From NCBI RefSeq assembly GCF_009914755.1, contig NC_060931.1: 64,000 bases of DNA; one strand, 5' to 3'. Below, piece after piece: positions 40,480 through 62,004 of the stretch (position 1 is its first letter; each line of letters opens with the position of its first letter). Under the pieces are notes generated by a model. The model worked only from the letters and a program-made list of their open reading frames with translations. It ran no database searches and was not told where the DNA came from. The stretch comes from the human T2T-CHM13v2.0 reference genome, Homo sapiens. Both the position numbers and the translations under genes were made by a program.

Positions 40480-40874
40480 CCCAGCTAATTTTAAATTTTT
40501 TTTGTAGAGATGAGGTCTCATTCTGTTGCCCGCTGGTCTTGAACTCTTGGCCTCAAGTGATCCTCCTGCCTCAGCCTCCCAAAGTGCTTGGATTACAGAC
40601 ATGAGCTACCTGTTCAGTCATCTTTGTTTAAAAAAGAGAGTTTGGAGGACTCCAACTAGGAACTATTGGAGGAATCTTGGCCAGATATGATTATAGCTGG
40701 GTTGAAACAATGAAAACAAAACAATGAAACAAGATAAAAAGGAGGAAGACGGGGAAAGGCTGGGAAGGTTACAACCAACAGGACTTGCAAGTAAGCAGAT
40801 CTGGTGGCAAAGGTCAGGGAAAACCAAAGACTTCCAGGTCACCAGGTGACAAGGCCAGATACGGCATATGGTAG

Positions 40875-41986
<1,112 letters not shown>

Positions 41987-42264
41987 TAATAATGGTTTCC
42001 CATGTGTAAAAGATTTGCTTCATTCAATCACAGAATAGACACTTGAGATTCAAATTTACTGAGGAAGAAACTATTCACATGCCAAGTAGGAACTTAAAAA
42101 AAAAAACAACCCTTAATCACTGTATCATTGAAGGAAAACCAATTTAAGGGATGTAGTGTTTATCCAGGCAAGCCTGGTTGGCTTCTTGGTTTTCTGTCTT
42201 ACTCATTTCTTTCGCCTTCTCAAAGAGTAGATTTTATTTTCAAACCTGGGAAAAGAGGTGTTCA

Positions 42265-44497
<2,233 letters not shown>

Positions 44498-44966
44498 CTT
44501 GATACTTATTCATTCTAATGACATTTAGTGTGCGCCTACTATGTGCCAAGTATATATTAGGTTCTGAGAATGACTAAGATGGGACTCCTGCTGCAGGGAG
44601 CCTTTGTTCTGATTTGGTGTGAGTTTGGGAGGAGGATATGTAGGCAAGCAATTCAATAAATAGCAAGCTGATTTTTGAGTGTGATATCTGCTTTGAGAGA
44701 ACCAGGCAGAATGAGGCAATGAATCCTCCCTCTCCACAGGATGAGGGAGGATTTCTCTGCCAAGGTGATGTGTGAGCTGAGGTCTGGAAAATCTAGTAAG
44801 GAATGACTGGCCTCGAGCCAACCCTGGCTAAGCTACAGAGCTTCAATGATAAAGAAAGTACTCCACTGGCCTTTGGGCAGGAAAACATAAGTACATGTGA
44901 GAAGAACCTCCAGCCAGCCTCAGAGCTTCCCATAACCCCAGCTAGAGCTAGATGACAATAAAGTCA

Positions 44967-47300
<2,334 letters not shown>

Positions 47301-47994
47301 TTATAATCTTTATTTTCCAGGAGACAAAAATATGGATTACAAGCATTTCCTGGTTCTAGAGATACACAGCTGCTGCCAAAACAATTTCCCCCTTTCCAGC
47401 AGCCTGCCCCCTGCTGGTTTTATCAAATTCAATCCCCCCACTTCCACCCCCACATCTGTGCGCAAGAGTGTTCACACACACACACATTTCTGCTATATTC
47501 CATCTGCCTAGGCCAGGAGCTTGTCATGACAAACCAAATGCAATACCTATTTCCTGACCAAAGCTGTTATTCAGTATCTCTATGATTTGAGAAATAGTTT
47601 GATTTCACCCTGACAAGGATCACACTGAGTTTTTAATAGAAGTAATAATTACAAACCATCCTAGTCTGTGTGAAAGCATGTGATGTTCAGATATATCCAG
47701 CCCTTTGAGATGCTCTGCTGGAAGGTGGTTGAGGTACAAAGTACTATTGACTCATGGTCATCTTGGTCCATGGTCATTAATAATGATAGTTTGTACTTCT
47801 TTCGTGTTTGTGCTAAGGGTGGTTTCAAAACCTGGAAGAAGCTTATCAATTTCTAGGTATTCAAATATATCTTTCACAATGTATGTGTGTGTGTATGTGT
47901 GTGTGTGTATGCTGTGAAGATACATACACACATATATTCACATATGAATATATACACACATTTATGTATTTACATTATACTAATAAAAAAATAA

Positions 47995-49027
<1,033 letters not shown>

Positions 49028-49149
49028 GATAACTGTAAAAAAATATAAATATAGAAAACATGAAGTGAGAAGCTACCATGTCCAGAGCAAAGAAAAAGGG
49101 CCCAAGCAGAGGCTCATTCTGACTCCCACCCAAAGAAGACAAGAAAAAC

Positions 49150-49205
49150 TATGAGACACTAAATAAAACAAACATCACTATGAAACCACACAGGCAGAAT
49201 TTATT
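49150..49205 (-). terminator. Candidate polyadenylation site for a minus-strand transcript running through the GC-rich satellite
   Basis: Minus strand reads AATAAA (49205-49200) TTCTGCCTGTGTGGTTTCA, then GT/T-rich TAGTGATGTTTGTTTTATTTAGTGTCT. Confidence 0.55.
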
Positions 49206-49329
49206 ATAAATTTGTCAGAAATCCACTGTCAAGGTTAAAAGAAGAGACAGGTGTTTTGCTAAGGCACTCTGCTGTGCAGTGAAGTTACCAACAAATAAGA
49301 GTCCAGGGAAGCTTTAGGCTCCTTGATGC

Positions 49330-52024
49330 TGTTGACCATTAAAGACTAAAAAGTGGGATCTGGAAAAGGTGACTGCGAAGCAAAAGCAAAGCCAGAAGAG
49401 GCCATGATGAGGCAGATGATGGGTTCCAGTGGCCACTATGAGGCCAAAGATGGGCCAGAAGAGGCCATCATGGGTTCGACTGGCCACTATGAGGCCGAAG
49501 ATGGGCCAGAAGAGGCCATCATGAGAAAGGAGCTGGTATAACTGAGACAACTGTGAGACAGGAGCTGGGACTTGGGAGGCAGATGTGAGGAAAGAGATAA
49601 GCCAGGTGAGGACAGTGAGAGGCAGCAGCTGGGCTTAGAGAGGCCAGTGTGAGGCAAGAGCTGGGTCTGTTGAGGCAGCCTGGAGAAGCAATTGTCAGGC
49701 AAAAGCTGGGCCTGTTCAGGGAGCCACCAGGAAGGCAGTGAAACCGGAGGACTCAACTTGAGAAAGATTTGAGTCTACAAAGGCAAGGAGCTGCACAGGA
49801 GCTAATCCAAAGAGGATGTTGTGAGGCAAAAGCTGAACCTTTAGACACAAAATGTAGGAAGAAAAGGGGAAGAAGTGGATGCCTGGAGACAGCAACTGGA
49901 CCTGGAGAGGCAGACTTGAGAAAGTTCTGGGCCTACAGAAGCTGCAAAAATGAAAAAACTCGACCTCGAGTGGCTGTTGAGAGGAATGAGGTAAGCCTAA
50001 AGAGGCCATTTGAAGGCAGGAGCTGGTCCTGTCGAACTTGCTGAAATGCAAGAATTTGGACTGGGAAGGTCACAGTGAGGCAAGAGCTCAGTGTGGAGAG
50101 TCAGCTGTGAGGCAGAGGCAGGGTCTGTACGGGCCTTCAGGATGCAAGAGGCTGGGCCAGGAGAGGCCGACAGGAAGTCCAGTTCTGGGCGTGAAGAGGC
50201 AGACAAAAGTCAAAAGCTGGGCCTGGGAAGGCTGCCGAGAGGCATGAGCTGGGCTAGGCCTAAAGAGGCCATTGGGAGGCAGGAGAAGCTGAGCTTGGAG
50301 AGGCCGACTTGATGAAGTTGTGCACCTGGAGCGGCCGCCAAGAGGCAAGAGCTGGGCCCGGGGTGGGCGACTTGAGGATGACTTGTGCCTGCAGGGGCTG
50401 CTGGAAGGAAAAGCTGGGCCTGGAGATGCCGACTAGAGGAAGTTCAGGACCTGGAGAGGATGCAAAGGAGCAAACGCTAGGCCTGGAAAGGCTGCTGTGA
50501 GGCATGAGCTTGGTGTATGGAGGCCACTGGGAGGCAGGAGCTGGGTCTGCAGAGGCTGCCGAAAGGCAGGAGGCTTGCCCTGAGTAGGCCACGGTGAGGA
50601 AGGAGGTGGGCCAGGAGGGCCCACTGCGAGGTAGAGGCTGGGCCTCTAGACGCCACCAACAGGCAGGGGCTGGCCCTGGAGAGGCCAGGAGAGGCATGAG
50701 CTGGGCCTCGACAGGCCAGCATAAGGGAGGACCTCGGCCTACAGAGGCCAGCGTGAGGCAGGAGCTCACACCTCTGGGAAGGTGGCCAGAGGCATAAGTT
50801 GGGCCTGAACAGGCCACTCTGAGGGAGGAGCTGGGCCTGTCGAGGCTGCCGGGAGGCAGGCAGGAACTAGGTCCTGGGAAGCCACAGTGAGGTGAGAGCT
50901 GGAGCTGGAGAGGCCCCTCAGAGGCAAGAGCAGGGCCTGCAGAGGCTGTTCTCAAGCCACAGCTGGGTCTGTACAGGCCACTGCGAGGCAGAAGGTGGGC
51001 CTAAATAGCTTGGCGGGAGAAAGTTTTGGGCCTACAAAGGCTTAGGACAGCTGGACAGGAGCTGAGTCAAAAGAGGTGTGTTGTGAGGCAGGAGTTGGGC
51101 CTGTAGATGGACCTGAGAGGAAGAGCTGGGCCTGGAGAGGCAGCCATGAGGGAGGCAGAGGCTGGGCCTGTAGAGACCAATAGGAGGCAGGAGATGGCCC
51201 TGAAGGGGCCACTTGGAGGATGTGCTGCACCTGGAGAGGCCGTGGGGAGGCCGGAGCTGGAAATGGAGAGGACTTCAGGACGATTTGAGCCTGCAGAGGC
51301 TGCCGGGAGTCCCAAGCTGGGCCTCGAGAAGCTAACTGGAGAAAGTCTGGGGCCTGGAGATGCCACCAGAGGGCAGGAGCCGAGCCTGGAGAGGCCACAG
51401 TGAGGCCCGAGCTGGGCCTCGAGAGCTTTGCTTGAAGTTTTTGGCCTACAAAGGCCGCCAGGAGCTGGGCAGGAGCTGGGCCTGGAGGTGCCCACCATGA
51501 GGTAGAGGCCGGGCCTGTAGAGGCCACCGACAGGCAGGAGCTGGGCCTGCAGAGGCCACGAGAGGCATGATCTGGGCCTCAACAGGCCAGCGTAAGGGAG
51601 GACCTCAGCCTAGAGAGGCCAGTGTGAGGCATGAGCTGACACCAGGGCGGGATGCAAGAAGCATGAGTTGGACCTAAAGAGGCCACCATGAGGGAGGAGC
51701 TCAGCCTGTCAGGGCTGCTGGGAGGCAGGCAGGAACTGGGCCCTGGGAAGGCGCCGTGAGGCAAGAGCTGGGCCTGGACAGTCCCCTGGGAGGCAGGAGT
51801 GGGGCCTGCAGCGGCTCTTCTCAAGCCAGAGCTGGGTCTGTGCAGGCCACCGCGAGGCAGGAGGTGGGCCTAAAGAGCTTGACTGGAGAAAGTTTTGGCC
51901 CTACAAAGGCTGGAAGGAGCTGAGCCAAAAGAGGTCGTTGGTTGTGAGGCAGGATTTGGGCCTGGAGACATAGCCGGGAGGAAGAGTTGGGCCTGGAGAG
52001 GCAGCCAGGAGGGAGGCAGAGGCT
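49330..52024 (+). repeat. GC-rich complex satellite, old diverged left block (teucer-like)
   Basis: Degenerate ~30-40-bp GAGGCAGGAGCTGGGCCTGGAGAGGCC monomers, purine-rich on +, CpG-depleted, grading into unique sequence at the left. Confidence 0.85.
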
Positions 52025-53175
52025 CCTCTGCCACAGTCAGAGGAGTGGGGCCCCATCCTCTCCAGGCCCTGAATTTACTCCATTCAGCCTCTCCGGGCCC
52101 AGCTGTTCCTCCCAGCTGCGTCTCCAGACCCGACTGCTGCCTCCCAACAACCTCTTTGGATTCAGTTCCTGCCCAGCTCCTGGAGGCCTTGGTAGGCCCA
52201 CAGCTTCCTCAAGCCAAGCTCCCCAGGCCCAGCTCAGGCCTCACGGTAGCCTCTCCAGGCTCAGCTCCTGCCCTCCGATGGCATCTCCAGGCCCCAAATG
52301 GCCTCCGGTCGGTGGGCTCCTCCAGGCCCAGCTTGGGCCTCCCAGCGGCCTCTGCAGACCCAAGTCGTCCTGAAGTCGGCCTCTCCAGGCCCAGCTCCGG
52401 CCTCCCGGTGGCCTCTCCAGGTGCAACGCGTCCTCAATGAGGGCCCCTCCAGGGCCAGCTCCTGCCTCCCATCGGCCTCTAGAGGCCCAGCCTCTGCCTC
52501 CCGCCTGGCGGCCTCTCCAGGCCCAGCTGTTCCTCCTGGCTGCGTCTCCCGGCCCAGCTCCTGCCTCCCAGCAAGCAATCTGTTTTGGCTCAGCTCCTGC
52601 CCAGCTCCCGCTGGCCTTTGGAGGCCCCAAACTTTCTCCAGCCAAGCTCTTCAGGCCTACCTCCTGCCTCCCGGTGGCCTGTACGGGCCCAGCTCTGGCA
52701 GGAGAACAGCCTCTGCAGGCCCCGCTCTTGCCTCCCAGGGGCCTCTCCAGGCCCAGCTCTCGCCCCACGGTGGCCTCCTGGGGCCAAGTCCCTGCCTGCC
52801 TCCCGGCAGCCCGCGAGCGGCCCAGCTCCTCCCTCACGGTGGCCTGTTTAGGCCCAACTCGTGTCTCTGGCACCCTGTCCAGAGGCGTGAGCCCCTGCCT
52901 CACACTGGCCTCTCTCATGCTGAGAGAGGTCCTCCCTCACGCTGGTCTGTTGAGGCCCAGCTCATGCCTCTGTTGGCCTCTCCAGGTCCAGCCCCTGCCT
53001 GTTGGCGGCCTCTAGACGCCCAGCCTCTACCTCAACAGTGGGCCCTCCAGGCCCACCTCTTGCCTCGCCATGGCGTCCTCGGGCCAGGCTCCCCACCTCG
53101 GGGCTGCCTCCACACACCCAGCTGGTGCCTCGCGGAGGCCCTCCGGAGGCCAAGCTCATGCGTCACGGCGGCCAC
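52025..53175 (-). repeat. Inverted ~1.1-kb copy of the GC-rich satellite unit
   Basis: Motif flips to GGCCTCTCCAGGCCCAGCTC; the reverse complement is colinear with ~59885-60895 and ~61580-62635. Confidence 0.88.
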
Positions 53176-53179
53176 CAGG

Positions 53180-53459
53180 ACCACTAGGTCTACCTTAAAA
53201 AAATGCTTAAGGGAGTTTTTCAAGTAAAAATGAATGAAGTTGGGAGCGGTGGCTCATGCCTGTAATCCCATTTTGGGAGGCTGAGGTGGGTGGATCACCT
53301 GAGGTCAGGAGGTCAAGACCAGCCTGGCCAACATGGTGAAACCCCACCTCTAATAAAAATACAAAAAATTAGCCAGGTATGAAGGCCACTGAGATTGTGC
53401 CATTGCACTCCAACCTGGGTGACAAGAGTCAAACTACATTTCAAAAACAAAAAACAAAA
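53180..53459 (+). mobile_element. ~55-bp L1M fragment plus an internally deleted Alu (53240-53459)
   Basis: ccactaggtctaccttaaaaaaatgcttaagggagtttttcaagt resembles the L1M ORF1 end; the Alu jumps from ttagccaggtatg to gagattgtgcc. Confidence 0.75.
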
Positions 53460-57326
<3,867 letters not shown>

Positions 57327-60127
57327 TTCGGGCTTGGTGCAGAAACTCACTCCAAATAAATTACCTACCAAAATATTTATATAATGGTGGAAATGTTCCA
57401 AAATTCCATATTTTGGGATTTATACACAAAAGATAAAAAAAATTAGAGGCCAAGAGGCTGCCGGAAGGGAAAAATGGGGCCTGGAAAGGCCAATGTGAGG
57501 AATGAGCTGGGCCTAAAGAGGCCACTGGCAGGCGGGAGCTGGGCCTGCCGAAGCGGCCGAAAGGCAGGAGCTTTGGACTGGGGAGGCCACAGTGAGGCGA
57601 GAGCTAGCTGGGCGTGGAGAGTCTGCTGTGATTCCGAGGCCGGGCCCGTGCAGGCCTTCGGGAGGCAGGATGCCGGGCCTGCAAAAGCTGACTGGAGATC
57701 AAGTTCTGGGCCTGAAGAGGCCGCCAAAAGTCAAAAGCAGGGCCTGGGAAGGCTGCCTACAGCCACGAGCTGGGCTGGGCTGAAAGAGGCCACTGGGAGG
57801 CAGGAGGAGCTGGACCTGGAGAGGCTGACTCGAGGAAGTTTTGCACCTGGAGAGGCCGCCGAGAGGACGGAGCTGGGCCCGGGGAGGCCAAAATGCAGCT
57901 CTTCCAGGCCCACTTCCAGGCCGACTTGAGGACGACTTGGGCCTGCAGAGTCTGCCAGGAGGCTGGAGCTGGCCCTGGAGAGCCTGACTCAAGGGCAGTC
58001 TGGGCCTGCAGAGGCCGCCAGACTGGCCTCTAGAGGCTGATGAGAGGCAGGAGCTGACCCCGGAGGGGCCCTCGTTGACGACGCGTTGCGCCTGGAGAGG
58101 CTGCCGGGAGGCCGGAGCTGGGCCTGGAGAGGGCGACTTCAGGACGATTTGGGCCAGCAGAGGCTGCCGGGAGGCCCAAGCTGGGCATAGAGGAATCCAC
58201 CGACTGGAGGCCGTTCGGGGCCTGGAGACGCTGTCAGAGGGCAGGAGCTGAGCCTGGAGAGGCCACCGTGAGGCCTGAGCTGGGGCTGGGGAGCTTGGCT
58301 TCAGGAAGTTGTGGGCCAACCAGGGCCACCGGGAGCTGGGCGGGAGCTGAGTCCAAAGAGGTTGTTGGGAGGCCGGAGTCGGGCCTGGAGACGCAGCCGG
58401 GAGGAAGAGCTGAGCCCAGAGAGGATGCCGGGAGTCTGCAAGTGGGTCTGGAGAGGCCGACTTCAGGAGGCCCAGCCTCTGCCTCCCGCATGGCAGCCTC
58501 TGCAAGCCCAGCTGTTCCTCCTGGCTGCATCTCCTCAAGTGGGCCCAGAGGTTCTGGGTCCTGAGAGGCAGTCGGAAGGGAAAAAATGGGCCTGGAAAGG
58601 CCGTTGTGAGGAATGAACCCCATGGGCCAGAAGAGGCCACTGGCAGGTGGGAGCTGGGCCTGCCGAAGCGGCCAAGAGGCAGGAGCTTTGGACTCGGGAG
58701 GCTGCAGTGAGGCGAGAGCTAGCTGGGCGTGGAGAGTCCGCTGTGAGGCAGAGACTGGGCCTGTGCAGGCCTTCGGAAGGCAGGAGGCCGGGCCAGGAGA
58801 GGCCGACTGGAGGTCAAGTTCGGAATCTGCAGAGGCCGCGGAAAGTCAAAAGTGGGGCCTGGGAAGGCCGCCAGGAGGCATGAACTGGGCTGGGCCAAAA
58901 GAGGCCACTGGGAGACAGGAGGACCTGGGCCTGGAGATACTGATTCAAACTTTTGCACCTGGAGAGGCCGCCGAGAGGCCGGAGCTGGGCCTGGGGAGGA
59001 TGATTTGGGCCTGCAGAGGCCACCGAGAGGCAGGAGCTGTCCCTGGACAGGCCTACTTGATGACAGTCTGGGCCTACAGAGGCCGCCGGGAAGCAGGAGC
59101 TGTCCCTGGACAGGCCTACTTGACGACAGTCTGGTCCTGCAGAGGCTGCCGGGAGGAAGAGCTGGGCCTGGAGAGGCCGACTGGAGGAAGTGCAGGACCT
59201 GGAGCCCATGCAAAGGAGCAAACGCCAGGCCGGGAGAGGCCGCCACGACGCATGAGCTTGGCCTCCAGAGGGCCTCCGTGAGGCAGGAGCTGGGCCTGCG
59301 GAGGCCGTCCCGAGGTGGGAGCCTGGCCCGAGGAGGCCACGGCGAGGCAAGAGGTGGGCCTGGAGGGCACACTGTTGAGGTAGAGGCTGGGCCTCTAGTG
59401 GCTGTCAACAGGCAGGAGGCCAGGCCTGGAGAGGCCGACTGGTGGTCAAGTTCGGGGCCTGCAGAGGCCGCGGAAAGTCAAAAGCAGGGCCTGGGAAGGC
59501 CACCGGGAGGCATGAGCTGGGCTGGGCTGAAAGAGGCCACTGGGAGACAGGAGGAGCTGAGCCTGGAGAGACGGACTCGAGGAACTTTTGCACCTGGAGA
59601 GGCCGCCGAGAGGCCAGAGCTGGGCCTGGGGAGGCAGACTTGAGGACGACTTGGGCCAACAGAGGCCACCGGGAGGCAGGAGCTGTCCTTGGACAGGCCT
59701 ACTTGATGACAGTCTGGGCCTACAGAGGCCGCCGGGAGGAAGGAGCTGTCCCTGGACAGGCCTACTTGACGACAGTCTGGTCCTGCAGAGGCTGCCGGGA
59801 GGAAGAGCTGGGCCTGGAGAGGCCGACTGGAGGAAGTCCAGGGCCTGGAGCCCATGCAAAGGAGCAAACGCCAGGCTGGGAGAGGCTGCCCTGACGCATG
59901 AGCTTGGCCTCCGGAGGGCCGTGAGGCAGGAGCTGGGCCTGCGGGGGCTGCCCCAAGGCGGGAGCCTGGCCCGAAGAGGCCACGGCCAGGCAAGAGGTGG
60001 GCGTGGAGGGCCCACTGTTGAGGTAGAGGCTGGACATCTAGAGGCCGCCAACAGGCAGGGGCTGGGCCTGGAAAGGCCAACAGAGGCATGAGCTGGGTCT
60101 CAACAGGCCAGCGTGAGGGAGGATTGC

Positions 60128-60265
60128 TCTCAGCGTGAGAGAGACCAGTGTGAGGCAGGGGCTCATGCTGACCTCCCTCAGCGTGAGAGAGGCCAGTGTG
60201 AGACAGGGGCCCACGCTGAACTCCCTCAGCGTGAGAGAGGCCAATGTGAGGCAGGGGCTCACGCC
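60128..60265. repeat. 48-bp VNTR, 3 copies (ajax-like)
   Basis: cagcgtgagagag starts at 60131, 60179, 60227. Confidence 0.92.
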
Positions 60266-61818
60266 TCTCGAAAGGGTGCCAGAGGCATGAGTTGGGCCTG
60301 AACAGGCCACCGTGACGGAGGAGCTGGGCCGCACACAGGCTGCTGGGAGGCAGGCAGGGACTTGGTCCCGGGAGGCCGCCGTGAGGCCAGAGCTGGGCCT
60401 GGAGATGCCCCTAGGAGGCAAGAGTGGGGCCTGCAGAGGCTGTTCTCCAGCCAGACCTGGGCCTGTACAGGCCACCGGGAGGCAGGTGGGACTGAGGAGC
60501 ATCGCTGGAGAAAGTTCAGGGTCTACAAAAGCCGGCGGGAGCTGGGCAGGAGCTGAGCCAAAAGAGCTTGCTTGCTGGGAGGCCGGAGCTGGGCCTGGAG
60601 AGGCTGACTTCAGGACCACTTGAGCCTGCAGAGGCCGCCGGGAGGCCCAAGCTGGGCCTGGAGAAGCCCACCGACCCGAGGCCATTTGGGGCCTGGAGAC
60701 GCCGTCGGAGGGCAGGAGCTGAGCCAGGAGAGGCCACCATGAGGCCCGAGCTGGGCCTGGGGAGCTTGGCTTCAGGAAGCTGTGGGCCGACCAAGGCCAC
60801 CAGGAGCTGGGCAGGCACTGAGTTCAAAGAGGTTGTTGGGAGGCAGGAGTCGGGCCTGCAGACGCAGCCGGGAGGAAGAGCTGGGCCCGGAGAGGATACC
60901 GGGAGGCTGCAAGTGGGTCTGGAGAGGCCGACTTGAGGAGCTTCTGGGCCCGGAGAGGCCGCCGGAAGGGAAAAACTGGGCCTGGAAAGGCCGTTGTGAG
61001 GAATGAGCCCCATGGGCCTGAAAAGGCCACTGGCAGGCGGGAGCTGGGCCTGCCGAAGCGGCGGAGAGGCCGGAGCTTTGGACTCGGGAGGCCGCAGGCG
61101 AGAGCGAGCTGGGCGTGGAGAGTCCGCTGTGAGGCAGAGGCTGGGCCTGTGCAAGCTGTCGGGAGGCAGGAGGCCAGGCCTGCAGAGGCCGACTGGAGGT
61201 CAAGTTCGGGGCCTGCAGAGGCCGCGGAAAGTCAAAAGCGGGGCCTGGGAAGGCCGCCGGGAGGCATGAGCTGGGCTGGGCTGAAAGAGGCCACTGGGAG
61301 ACAGGAGGAGCTGGACCTGGAGAGACGGACTCGAGGAACATTTGCACCTGGAGAGGCCGCCGAGAGGCCGGAGCTGGGCCTGGGGAGGCTGACTTGAGGA
61401 CGACTTGGGCCTGCAGAGTCTGCCGGGAGGCAGGAGCTGTCCCTGGACAGGCCTACTTGACGACAGTCTGGTCCCGCAGAGGCTGCCGGGAGGAAGAGCT
61501 GGGCCTGGAGAGGCCGACTGCAGGAAGTGCAGGACCTGGAGCCCATGGAAAGGAGCAAACGCCAGGCCGGGAGAGGCCGCCCTGACACATGAGCTTGGCC
61601 TCCGGAGGGCCGTGAGGCAGGAGCTGGGCCTGCGGGGGCCGCCCCAAGGTGGGAGCCTGGTCCGAGGAGGCCACGGCGAGGCAAGAGGTGGGCGTGGAGG
61701 GCCCACTGTTGAGGTAGAGGCTGGGCCTCTAGAGGCCGCCAACAGGCAGGGGCTGGGCCTGGAGAAGCCAACAGAGGCATGAACTGGGCCTCAACAGGCC
61801 AGCGTGAGGGAGGACTTC

Positions 61819-62004
61819 TCTCAGCGTGAGAGAGGCCAGAGTGAGGCAGGGCCTCACGCTGACCTCCCTCAGCGTTAGAGAGGCCAGTGTGAGGCAGGGG
61901 CTCACGCTGACCTCCCTCAGCGTGAGAGAGGCCAGTGTGAGGCAGGGGCTCACGCTGACCTCCCTCAGCGTGAGAGAGGCCAATGTGAGGCAGGGGCTCA
62001 CGCC
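61819..62004. repeat. 48-bp VNTR, 4 copies (ajax-like)
   Basis: Starts at 61822, 61870, 61918, 61966. Confidence 0.92.
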
